IMG/VR virus record: IMGVR_UViG_3300020576_003495
Location: 32,001-96,000 of that record
Length of the DNA: 64,000 bases
Direction: 5' to 3' (one strand)
Source: a virus
Taxonomy: Duplodnaviria > Caudoviricetes
Of this stretch, positions 1-8,373 are shown in pieces. A program made the position numbers and the translations under genes. Within the stretch, counting starts at the first letter, position 1; each line of letters begins with the position of its first letter. Under the pieces are notes generated by a model. It made no database searches and was not told the DNA's origin. It was given only the letters and a program-made list of their open reading frames with translations.

Positions 1-451
1 GTTTGTGAAGAAAGAAGACCTTGAGTTGATTTACAAGGATTGGACAGCTTGGAATGATGCCAAGCGTGGGATGACGCCGACAGGTGAACACACGGGAGCG
101 CATTTACGTCCTGCATCCAATCCAAAACCGGGTATGGCTTTCAGGTTTGCTGCTACACCCAACAAACACTCCTATGGCGGTGAGAGTACACGTCTTGACA
201 ATCACCAGTTTGACCACAAGACCTACAACAAGAATCCGAACCCTTCGGCACACCACGCCCCCAATGCCCCCCAAGTGGCTATTGATGCGACAAAAGAACG
301 CGCCGAGAGTCATATTGACGAAGCCAATAAGAATCGCCACAGTTATCCCGGAGAGAAAGAGTTGGTTCATTCGAAGCCACAAGCCCCTAAGAAGCAAGGA
401 CGGTTTGCTCACTTTATGGATAGCCTAGCTCGAATGGGCAGCAGTGGCTGA
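1..451 (+). CDS. His/Lys-rich putative internal head protein, probably 5'-truncated by window edge
   Basis: Frame is open to the window start; LIYK-DWTAWN resembles the K-DW motif of neighbouring genes. Confidence 0.5.
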   Translation, partial: FVKKEDLELIYKDWTAWNDAKRGMTPTGEHTGAHLRPASNPKPGMAFRFAATPNKHSYGGESTRLDNHQFDHKTYNKNPNPSAHHAPNAPQVAIDATKERAESHIDEANKNRHSYPGEKELVHSKPQAPKKQGRFAHFMDSLARMGSSG

Positions 452-453
452 TC

Positions 454-924
454 ATGGTTTTATTAGAACGCCTAGCCAAAGAAGATTGGACTCAAGCCAG
501 TTGGGGTGAGTCTGATCCCCCGTTCGTTGGGCGTAAGCAACCTGAGCAATCCCAAATAAACCCCAAGAAACGAAAGCCTCATATGTTTGCAAAAATGATG
601 GTGAAGAAAGATTGGACAGTGTGGAATCAGCAGCATCGGGATAGCGCGTCAAAAGCTGCGTGGTCGGCTTCCGATGCGGCCAACACTGCTCGTTCAGATA
701 ATGCTGCCATGATGAAGCTGCACAGACAAGCACAGCAAGCGCACGAGAGCGCGGCACAAGGTTATGCCAAGGAAAGCAATCAGTACAAAGAACACATGAG
801 CGAAGCCTCGACTCATGCTCGCCGTTCTAATGAATTCCGTGACAAGTCGGCAAACGACAAGGGCTTCTCCACAGGAGCAAGCCAAGCGGTTCGTCGGTCT
901 GGTTTCAGCAACTCATCCTTCTGA
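454..924 (+). CDS. Putative internal head protein; internal in-frame leader MFAKMMVKKDW at 583
   Basis: ORF track; ATG at 583 begins a segment nearly identical in DNA to the start of the 934 gene. Confidence 0.55.
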   Translation: MVLLERLAKEDWTQASWGESDPPFVGRKQPEQSQINPKKRKPHMFAKMMVKKDWTVWNQQHRDSASKAAWSASDAANTARSDNAAMMKLHRQAQQAHESAAQGYAKESNQYKEHMSEASTHARRSNEFRDKSANDKGFSTGASQAVRRSGFSNSSF

Positions 925-933
925 AAGATAACT

Positions 934-1284
934 ATGTTTGCAAAAATTATGGTGCAGAAGGATTGGGCGGCGTTCGATGCCATGCGCAAGAACCCCCAAG
1001 CGCAGAAAGTGGCGATTGCAAAGAACCATGAGGTCGCTCAGGGTTTGCTAGCCAAATCTAATGAATTGAAAAACGATTCAGATAGAGCGGTTAAGTTGAA
1101 TGCTCACATGCTCACGCAAGGGTATCTTCCCGACGTAGCTGACAACGGGGACACGCTGTACCTTCCGTTAACAGGTGATCCCAAATCCGATAAACTTCCA
1201 TCAAATCCTGTAGCGGGGCACAAGGTTCATATTGTCCTGAACCATAAGACAGGGCATGTGGATGCTGTTAGTCGGTACACTTAG
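934..1284 (+). CDS. Putative internal head protein (leader MFAKIMVQKDW)
   Basis: Shared leader; tight spacing with neighbours. Confidence 0.55.
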   Translation: MFAKIMVQKDWAAFDAMRKNPQAQKVAIAKNHEVAQGLLAKSNELKNDSDRAVKLNAHMLTQGYLPDVADNGDTLYLPLTGDPKSDKLPSNPVAGHKVHIVLNHKTGHVDAVSRYT

Positions 1285-1293
1285 GAGTTACCA

Positions 1294-1674
1294 ATGTTTG
1301 CAGAAATACTAAAGTCCGACCCCTACCTTGTCCAAAAGCATGGTGTTAAAGGGATGAAGCATGGAGTTAAGCATGCAAAGCCTACGCCTAGTATTGATCA
1401 TTATGCCGAGTCTATAAGGCACATGGAAGAGTCTAGTAGACTGTTTAAAATAAAGGGTCACAGCTTCGGCACAGAAATAGGCGCTCGCGCTGCAAATGCT
1501 TATCCGCTTCACGATACGGCATATAAGTTGCACAAGCGAGCTATAAACCATCCTTCAGATATAAATACCAAAGCGGCCATACGTGCTTCAGCTAAAGCCG
1601 ACCACGCATCGAAGATTCTTTATGATGATGACGCGCCACAGCAGTTACCAGAAAAGTATAGAACATCGGACTAA
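1294..1674 (+). CDS. Putative internal head protein (MFAEILK; HGVKGMKHG motif)
   Basis: AGGAG RBS; shared MF leader; His-rich. Confidence 0.55.
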   Translation: MFAEILKSDPYLVQKHGVKGMKHGVKHAKPTPSIDHYAESIRHMEESSRLFKIKGHSFGTEIGARAANAYPLHDTAYKLHKRAINHPSDINTKAAIRASAKADHASKILYDDDAPQQLPEKYRTSD

Positions 1675-1688
1675 CTGAAGGTACTACC

Positions 1689-2282
1689 ATGTTTGAACGA
1701 ATGTTAACCCGCAAGATGTGGACAAGAGAAGCCCGAGAAGCTTCGGCTAAAGTACGTGCCGCACGTGCCGGACAAAGAACATCGCATTCACAGATTCAAG
1801 CTCCCACCTATACGCATCCTTCGGCACAGCTTCAACCGGAGAACTTTAATCAGAAAGTTCCTGAAGCGTATGACGAGGTTCCCGATGATGAGAAGAAAGT
1901 CAAGCCCCCCACATCCTACGGAAATCAGCGGAGAGTCCCCCCGGAATATGCTGCGAATGGTGGTGGTGTTGATCATGTGGCGGTTGCCAACACAATAATG
2001 AAGCAGTACGGGGGCAACCGATTTAAGGTGATGACTGGTGCAAGTAATTTCACTGCCAGCAAGACTCCCGAAGGACATCCCTACCTTTCCTTCAAGATTC
2101 CCCGTGCCAAGGGGATCACGCATGTCAAAACCGTCCTGAAGCCCGATGACACCTACGACGTGCACATGATTGGGGTTCATGGAAAGAGCATCAAAGAAAA
2201 GCATGTCGCTCATGGGATGCACGCGGATCAACTGGAAGCGCACTTTCAACATCACACCGGACTTTCCACGAGGCTATTCTAA
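1689..2282 (+). CDS. Putative internal head protein with a C-terminal conserved phage domain (TIxxQxGGxRFxxMTGA...DTY...DQL...TGL)
   Basis: MFERMLTRK leader; C-terminal domain recognised from phage hypothetical proteins. Confidence 0.55.
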   Translation: MFERMLTRKMWTREAREASAKVRAARAGQRTSHSQIQAPTYTHPSAQLQPENFNQKVPEAYDEVPDDEKKVKPPTSYGNQRRVPPEYAANGGGVDHVAVANTIMKQYGGNRFKVMTGASNFTASKTPEGHPYLSFKIPRAKGITHVKTVLKPDDTYDVHMIGVHGKSIKEKHVAHGMHADQLEAHFQHHTGLSTRLF

Positions 2283-2776
2283 TGAATACATTTGATGAAG
2301 TAAAAAAAGAATTCTTTCTGGCGCTCAAGGGTGTGGATAAGGCTAACAACGCGGCTACGCCACAAGGCGGAACAACGCAAGCGACCTTCGCTCCCATCAA
2401 CCAACCTAGCCCACAGATTTATACGGCACAAGAAGCGGTTCGGTCTTTATCCAACCACCTTCAACACCCGTGTTCAATCAACCACGATGCTTCAACCACG
2501 GGGGTTCGTCATGCTTCAATGACGGTTCATCCTGAGTGGAATCAGGAACACGTCAAAGAGCAAGCCGATTCCCATTTGGTAAGTTCGGGGTTTAAGGGCA
2601 AGAAAGCTGACGGTTACACAGGAAAAACTTATGAGCATCCACAAACAGGCGCTAAGGTGCATGTGGCTACCATAGGGAAACATCTGGTTATCACGTCAGA
2701 TGACAAAAAGGGCACCAAGGGAACGCCCTACGTAGCAAACCCGGATGCATCGGGGGATAAGAAGGGAAAGAAGTAA
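2282..2776 (+). CDS. Hypothetical His/Lys-rich protein, last of the array
   Basis: TAATG stop-start overlap; composition like its neighbours. Confidence 0.5.
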   Translation: MNTFDEVKKEFFLALKGVDKANNAATPQGGTTQATFAPINQPSPQIYTAQEAVRSLSNHLQHPCSINHDASTTGVRHASMTVHPEWNQEHVKEQADSHLVSSGFKGKKADGYTGKTYEHPQTGAKVHVATIGKHLVITSDDKKGTKGTPYVANPDASGDKKGKK

Positions 2777-2879
2777 GCTTTTTTCTTACTGCTACCTGAT
2801 TTCAAAATAGTTTCAATTTTTATTAGGTAGTAAATTTGTTGCTAGTATGCAGCTATTGTCGAATATCGGAGTGAGTGCG

Positions 2880-4145
2880 GTGCCACAGATAAAGATGAAC
2901 GTGACGAAGTTAGGTGACCCAACAGTCAACTATATCTCGCTTGTCAATCGCGGTGCCAATCGTATTCCTTTCCGCATTGTTAAACATGATAAACAGGAGT
3001 CGAATATGATTGACCTCGCAAATCTCAACATCAGCAAGCTTCTCAAGCAAGATAAAGCCGCTGAAGTGAGTGCACCAACTATCGTTGGTTTCGTGACCAT
3101 GAAAGATGAGAACTTCGAGGCTGTCAAAGACGGACTCAAGAACGCAGGCTTCATGGTGTCCAAGCAGTTTGAAGAAGCCGATGGTTCGGTGGTTTTCAAA
3201 CAAGAAGACACGATGCCAGAAGAATTCACCGTCCTCAAGATGTGTGACTCGCTTCTCGTTCTGGTGGACAAGCTGGACACCGACGACCTCGTTGGCGGCA
3301 CGATCTACGAATCCTTGCTGAAGGAAGATTCTTTCATCCCTTCGCCTGACATCGCCACAGAAGGTCTGGCTCTCGCCATTAGCGAAATCTCCGCTTCGCA
3401 GGATACCCCGCAAGACAAGGTTGCCAAGATGGAACTGGTTACCAAAGATCACAACGGCTACCTGACCAAGCTGTTCTCATGGGTTCCTGCCCGTTTGACC
3501 GAACTTGCCAAGGAACTTGAAGCCAACATTGCCGACCACAAGATCATTTCTGGTTCTACCACAGGTGAAGTGCAAAGCCCGGACAAGAACAAAACCACCA
3601 CAGGTATTGACACGGGCGGTAAGGACGGCGTTGAAGCTAAAGGCACGCCTGCCCCGTCGCCATTCAACGGTGAAATCGACAAGGGTAAAACCGACCCAAT
3701 TCCTGCCAAGGTTACCAAGGAAGACAAATCCACGGACGACAAGACAGCCGACCAAGTTGCTGCCGATGCTGACCCGATGGCTACGTTGGTTTCCAAGATG
3801 GAAACCATGCTTGCTTCCTTGCAAGAAACCATGCAGCAAAACATCACCAAGCAGTCCGAAGAAATCGCAGAAAAAATCTCTGCGGTGGCTCAGTCTGTTG
3901 AAGTTCTCAAGCAGTCACAAGACGTTCTTTCGGATCGTGTTGTGGCGGCTGAAAAAGTTGCAAAGTCTGCTGACAGCGCCGTTCGTGGTCGTATGATCAC
4001 ATCCGATGTTGGTGACGATGCAGTGCATACCACGCAGAAGTCGGATGGTTCGTCCGAAGGCTACGGTGGCTGCATTGATACTGCTTTCCAAAGCACTGTG
4101 CGGAAAACAGCCCTGTCAGCGCGTCAGCGTCCGGCAAATCGGTAA
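2880..4145 (+). CDS. Capsid scaffold protein with N-terminal prohead-protease-type motif (ISLVNRGAN..F..K); nested start at 3006
   Basis: Directly upstream of capsid; acidic with coiled-coil C-terminus; GGAG before GTG 2880 and AGGAG before ATG 3006. Confidence 0.7.
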   Translation: MPQIKMNVTKLGDPTVNYISLVNRGANRIPFRIVKHDKQESNMIDLANLNISKLLKQDKAAEVSAPTIVGFVTMKDENFEAVKDGLKNAGFMVSKQFEEADGSVVFKQEDTMPEEFTVLKMCDSLLVLVDKLDTDDLVGGTIYESLLKEDSFIPSPDIATEGLALAISEISASQDTPQDKVAKMELVTKDHNGYLTKLFSWVPARLTELAKELEANIADHKIISGSTTGEVQSPDKNKTTTGIDTGGKDGVEAKGTPAPSPFNGEIDKGKTDPIPAKVTKEDKSTDDKTADQVAADADPMATLVSKMETMLASLQETMQQNITKQSEEIAEKISAVAQSVEVLKQSQDVLSDRVVAAEKVAKSADSAVRGRMITSDVGDDAVHTTQKSDGSSEGYGGCIDTAFQSTVRKTALSARQRPANR

Positions 4146-4170
4146 TTTTTTTAATCATTAGGAGTTTTTT

Positions 4171-5118
4171 ATGCCTAGCAATCGTGACCTTATCGCCAAA
4201 GCCGATTTAGCCCTGTCTGATCTGGCTTCCAACGGTGGTATGCTTCTCCCTGAGCAAGCAGACAAGTTTATTCGTGTTCTGATCGAACAACCGACCATTC
4301 TCAATGTGTGCCGTGTTGTGACCATGAACTCCCCACAGCGCAAGATCAACAAGATCGGTTTCGGCTCCCGCATCATGCGTGCTGCTGTTTCCGCTACAGC
4401 GCTGGCCGATGGTGACCGTGTTAAGCCTGATCTTTCCCAGATTACGTTGAACACCAAAGAAGTTATTGCGGAAATCCACCTTCCGTATGACGTTCTTGAA
4501 GACAACATCGAAGGCGGCAACATCGCTGTTCCGCTTCAATCCCCGGCTGGTGGTTTGCATGACACCATCGTTCAACTGATCGCAGAACGCGCTGCTCTTG
4601 ACCTTGAAGAACTCATCCTTCTTGGCGATACGACGCTGGCTGGCTCCGATGCCTACCTTGGTCTGCTTGACGGCTATATCAAGCGCATCAATTCTCACGT
4701 TGTCGATGCTGCCGGTGCCACAATCAGCAAGACGCTGCTCAAGAACGCTCTCAAGTCGCTCCCGCCGAAGTATCTGCGTGACCGTGGCGCTCTGAACTTC
4801 TTCGCTTCGGTTAACAACGAAACAGAACTGCGTGACACCTATGCAAGCCGTAACACACCTTTCGGTGACACGACTCTGCAAGGCTTCAACCCGCTGATGA
4901 TGTACGGTTCGCCAGTTCAAGCCGTGCCGCTGATGCCTGAAAACCGTGTTATTCTTACCAACCCGCTGAACCTGATCTTCGGCGTGCAGCGTAAGATCAA
5001 CATCGAATATACGAAAGATATTCGGGCCAGAGTTTTTATCATCGTTTTGACCGCCAGAGTAGACGCTCAAATCGAAGAAACAAATGCGGCTGCAATAGTT
5101 AGGAACATAGGTTCGTAA
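4171..5118 (+). CDS. Major capsid protein (HK97 fold, XkdG/P2-like)
   Basis: GGMLLPEQADKFI, LPYDVLEDNIEG, DLEELILLGD motifs; strong RBS; highly biased codons; terminator follows. Confidence 0.9.
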   Translation: MPSNRDLIAKADLALSDLASNGGMLLPEQADKFIRVLIEQPTILNVCRVVTMNSPQRKINKIGFGSRIMRAAVSATALADGDRVKPDLSQITLNTKEVIAEIHLPYDVLEDNIEGGNIAVPLQSPAGGLHDTIVQLIAERAALDLEELILLGDTTLAGSDAYLGLLDGYIKRINSHVVDAAGATISKTLLKNALKSLPPKYLRDRGALNFFASVNNETELRDTYASRNTPFGDTTLQGFNPLMMYGSPVQAVPLMPENRVILTNPLNLIFGVQRKINIEYTKDIRARVFIIVLTARVDAQIEETNAAAIVRNIGS

Positions 5119-5148
5119 TAAAACCTAAGTAGCACAAGTACTTATAAG

Positions 5149-5180
5149 AAAGCCGGGGTTAGTTCTCTGGCTTTTTTTTT
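5149..5180 (+). terminator. Intrinsic terminator after capsid gene
   Basis: AAGCCGGGG/CTCTGGCTT stem followed by a T run. Confidence 0.8.
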
Positions 5181-5205
5181 CGTCCGTGCATTATGAAAAT
5201 AACTA

Positions 5206-5234
5206 TTGACTACACGGCAGTAGCACACTAGACT
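5206..5234 (+). promoter_or_regulatory. Sigma70-type promoter for HNH gene
   Basis: TTGACT-N17-TAGACT. Confidence 0.55.
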
Positions 5235-5259
5235 AGGTTTTTTTTAAAGAGGATGATCT

Positions 5260-6039
5260 ATGCTAGTCACGGGTGATTTTATGCAAATTGTTTACACTTT
5301 TGGAAGTTGGCGAAGCATGCGAGACAGATGCACGGTTCCTAGCAGCGCAAATTACCTTAGCTACGGTGGTCGTGGAATCATTGTGTGCGAGCGATGGCTA
5401 GAATCTGCGGATAACTTCGTTGTAGATATGGGGATAAAGCCTGTGGGAACTTCCCTAGAGCGCCTTGACGTTAACGGAAATTACGAACCGGCTAACTGTC
5501 AGTGGGCGACAAAGAAACAGCAAGCCCAAAATAGGCGCACCAGCATTGCGCTCACGCATAACGGTGAAACAAAGAACGTTGCTGAGTGGGCTAGGGAAAA
5601 AGGTATGGGCGTGTCGACACTAATTGGGCGACACCACTCAGGAATGCCCCTAGAAAAAGCCTTGGGCGATAAAGTCCATACTAACGCTAAGGAGCGTGCG
5701 CGTAATCGTAAGAGCAACGTCTTAGTTACTTACGACGGTAAAACACAATGCATGATTGAATGGGCAGAAGAAATAAACATTCCTGTGAAGACGCTATGGC
5801 ACCGTAAATCTTTGGGTTGGTCAGATGAGAAAATAGTTACCACTCCGACACATCGTAACCCCGATGTCCCTAAGTTTTATCCTTTCCCCACAGAATCCGG
5901 TGTTGAGATGTTGAATCTTTCAGAAATTGCGCGTAGAACGAATCAAACATTAACAGCGGTTAGAGTTAAAATCTTAGACGGTGAATCCCCTGAAGTGGTG
6001 TTTTCTAATAAAAAACGTAAGCCTAAGCGTTGCAAGTAA
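5260..6039 (+). CDS. Free-standing HNH homing endonuclease with repeated C-terminal DNA-binding modules
   Basis: WxxMxxRC, YGGRGIxVCERW, SLERLDVNGNYEPANCxWAT..Q..N; two xGxTxxxxEWA repeats. Confidence 0.9.
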   Translation: MLVTGDFMQIVYTFGSWRSMRDRCTVPSSANYLSYGGRGIIVCERWLESADNFVVDMGIKPVGTSLERLDVNGNYEPANCQWATKKQQAQNRRTSIALTHNGETKNVAEWAREKGMGVSTLIGRHHSGMPLEKALGDKVHTNAKERARNRKSNVLVTYDGKTQCMIEWAEEINIPVKTLWHRKSLGWSDEKIVTTPTHRNPDVPKFYPFPTESGVEMLNLSEIARRTNQTLTAVRVKILDGESPEVVFSNKKRKPKRCK

Positions 6040-6063
6040 TTTCACCAACCCCCTAACGCAAAA

Positions 6064-6092
6064 TTGCTTTAGCTTACCTGTTGCGCTACTAT
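6064..6092 (+). promoter_or_regulatory. Sigma70-type promoter restarting transcription of head-tail genes
   Basis: TTGCTT-N17-TACTAT. Confidence 0.45.
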
Positions 6093-6131
6093 ACCTAGCC
6101 GAACACTTGTTCGTACTTATAGGAGCTACAC

Positions 6132-6470
6132 ATGGCATACGCACTCACCCTCGTTGGGGCATCAACCTTTATTTCTGCTAGCGGCAAAATCTATCACAAA
6201 GGGCCAGCTTACTCTCCCGACGCTGCTGAAGAAGCTACGCTTATTGCAGCAAAAGATGATTACGAAGTACCGTACTTCGCCAAAGTGGCGGGGGATATTC
6301 CTGTTGAAGTCGCTGAGTCGGTTCCTGAGAGTCCTGTCCCCACGATTGAAGCCGTAGCCAAGAGCATCAATGATCCCACGCCAAGCGCTAGCACAGCAGA
6401 GCAAGGTGAAACGGATACGGCAACTGAACCCACCCGTCGCGTAGGTCGTCCCGCCAAAGTCGCTATTTAA
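6132..6470 (+). CDS. Hypothetical virion morphogenesis protein
   Basis: AGGAG RBS; position after capsid; low-complexity acidic tail. Confidence 0.55.
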   Translation: MAYALTLVGASTFISASGKIYHKGPAYSPDAAEEATLIAAKDDYEVPYFAKVAGDIPVEVAESVPESPVPTIEAVAKSINDPTPSASTAEQGETDTATEPTRRVGRPAKVAI

Positions 6471-6491
6471 GTTTGATCGTTCGGGGGCAGT

Positions 6492-7178
6492 ATGAAACTT
6501 TTATTAGATGTTGAGGCAATCCGCAAGCGTTTAAGCTTGATGGATCACCCCGATGTTATTTCTGCCCTCGAATCGGTTCTATCCTCTGCGCAAACGTATT
6601 TTGAGGAAGTGCTGGATACCAAATTTCTGAAGCGGTCAGGTACAGACTACTTCAATCTGGACACCGACTTGAATCCCTACGCGCCCAATGGATTCTACAG
6701 GCTACGGCTTAAACGAGCGCTTATCAGGGAAGCTATGCCTTTGGTGATTACAGGGGCATCATCCTACAAAGACTTGCTGGCGGGTGTGGGGACGTATGTA
6801 CTGGATGAATCCAAGGGTGAGTTTTACACCGACTTCATACGTGGGGTAGTGTATATCAACAAGGATGGTGCTAGGGATTACACAGGCACGTCCATTACCC
6901 CCCGTGTGGATCAATGGGGCAACCTAAGTACGGTTAACCCTAATGGATACTACAAGGTAGCCTACGACTCTGGTTTTATCTCTAGTTCGGAGTTGCCCGA
7001 CTGGCTAAAGGAAGCGTTCACATCGTATGTTCCGTTTCTTGTTAATCAGCAGCAGACCTACAACAAAGTGGATCAACAAACACCCGCGTTTGAGGAAGGT
7101 AAGAAGACCGCTTTGAAATTATTAGAACCCTACATGCGTGATGTAGGGCTGTGCTTCAGGCCGATTAGGAGCGTCTGA
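6492..7178 (+). CDS. Head-tail adaptor/connector
   Basis: Synteny; YDSGF...LPDWLKEA...LLEPY pattern of connector proteins. Confidence 0.65.
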   Translation: MKLLLDVEAIRKRLSLMDHPDVISALESVLSSAQTYFEEVLDTKFLKRSGTDYFNLDTDLNPYAPNGFYRLRLKRALIREAMPLVITGASSYKDLLAGVGTYVLDESKGEFYTDFIRGVVYINKDGARDYTGTSITPRVDQWGNLSTVNPNGYYKVAYDSGFISSSELPDWLKEAFTSYVPFLVNQQQTYNKVDQQTPAFEEGKKTALKLLEPYMRDVGLCFRPIRSV

Positions 7179-7588
7179 TGCTATCCTTTGAGGCGCTTAT
7201 CCCCCCTCTAGCAGTAGACCTCACCATCGACACAGAACTGCTTTTGGATGATGCCGCGTCCATGATTCTTCACGGCAATCTCACCCGTTTCTTACAGCAG
7301 GTATCCCCCGATGGTGAGAAGTGGGTGCCGTCAAAAGCCGCACTGCGTAGAAAGATACGCGGTATACCGGGGGGCACACTATATGACACAGGCGACCTGT
7401 TCCGCAGTCTGGCTACAGTTAGGGTGGATGAGAATACACGGTCAATCGGAACCAACGTCCCCTACGCAGCACAGCATGAGTTCGGTTTGATGGGTATGGA
7501 GAGGCGCGACTTCTTGGGCGTTTCCGACTCCGATTTTGTTGCTCTGCAAGGTCTTATGGATATTCGATTTAAGGCGTACATAAAATGA
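7178..7588 (+). CDS. Virion morphogenesis / tail completion protein (Mu G / P2 S family)
   Basis: SPDGxKWxP, LYDTGxL, GTNVPYAAQHEFG, RxFLG. Confidence 0.85.
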   Translation: MLSFEALIPPLAVDLTIDTELLLDDAASMILHGNLTRFLQQVSPDGEKWVPSKAALRRKIRGIPGGTLYDTGDLFRSLATVRVDENTRSIGTNVPYAAQHEFGLMGMERRDFLGVSDSDFVALQGLMDIRFKAYIK

Positions 7589-8019
7589 CGACGGCAACAG
7601 ACTGCGTTCTTGATTTGCAGACCAAAATTCAAGCTGTCGCTACGTTAACTCAGAATACCTTCTTCGTCTACACGCAAGAGGATATGCTGAAGCGCACAGC
7701 CAAGATCACTTATCCCGCAGCGGGAATCATCTACGAAGGTATCAGGGCGAAGCCCGACGCTATGGACGGAAAAACAGCTATGGGCTTGTCGGCTGATTTC
7801 TACTGTGCTGTGCTGGTGTTGGTCGGGGGATCATCTTTCGGTAATGTGGATTACAAAGCAGAAGCCATAAAACTGGTGGATACCGTTCGTGGGAAGATAC
7901 TCAAGACACGATCCCCGTCTGGTCACTTCTGGAAGTTCCTTGTTGAATCCCCTGTTGTAGATATTGATGGGGCTTTTGGTTATTACATTCGGTTCAGCAC
8001 CCCTATTATGCTGGCTTAA
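7585..8019 (+). CDS. Probable tail terminator
   Basis: Size and position between neck and tail tube genes. Confidence 0.6.
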   Translation: MTTATDCVLDLQTKIQAVATLTQNTFFVYTQEDMLKRTAKITYPAAGIIYEGIRAKPDAMDGKTAMGLSADFYCAVLVLVGGSSFGNVDYKAEAIKLVDTVRGKILKTRSPSGHFWKFLVESPVVDIDGAFGYYIRFSTPIMLA

Positions 8020-8067
8020 TTATAGCGTAAATATTAGGTGCGTTTTCTTCTGTTAGGATTGCATACC

Positions 8068-8352
8068 ATGAAAGCTAAACTTTTAAAAGAGCATGAACAC
8101 GCAGGGAAACTACTTCCTGTAGGTTCTATCATCGAGTTAGACCTAGATCAGTATAACTGGTTGGTTGATCTTAAGGTGGTAACGTGCGACATCGCTGACG
8201 CTGTTGTAGGAGCATCTGTGACCCAAGAGGTTACTCTCGTTCCTGCCAAAGAAACAAGCGACTACGTGGCTCCCCAGAAGAAGTCTTTTTGGGGTAAAGC
8301 GTCTATCGCTTCCGATGCTCCTAGCGAGCCTACCGAAGCACAAGGTAATTAA
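8068..8352 (+). CDS. Small hypothetical protein preceding tail tube
   Basis: LLKEHEHAG...G..I pattern; start moved to ATG 8068. Confidence 0.5.
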   Translation: MKAKLLKEHEHAGKLLPVGSIIELDLDQYNWLVDLKVVTCDIADAVVGASVTQEVTLVPAKETSDYVAPQKKSFWGKASIASDAPSEPTEAQGN

Positions 8353-8373
8353 TTTTTTTCAGGAGTATCTGAC

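Noticed and set aside
4207-5070. Long minus-strand ORFs opposite the capsid gene and other structural genes
   Set aside because: Antisense shadows of biased codon usage; no RBS or recognisable motifs
5133-5146. CACAAGTACTTATA as a left-hand palindrome copy flanking the HNH gene
   Set aside because: Only 10 of 14 positions match; not distinguishable from chance
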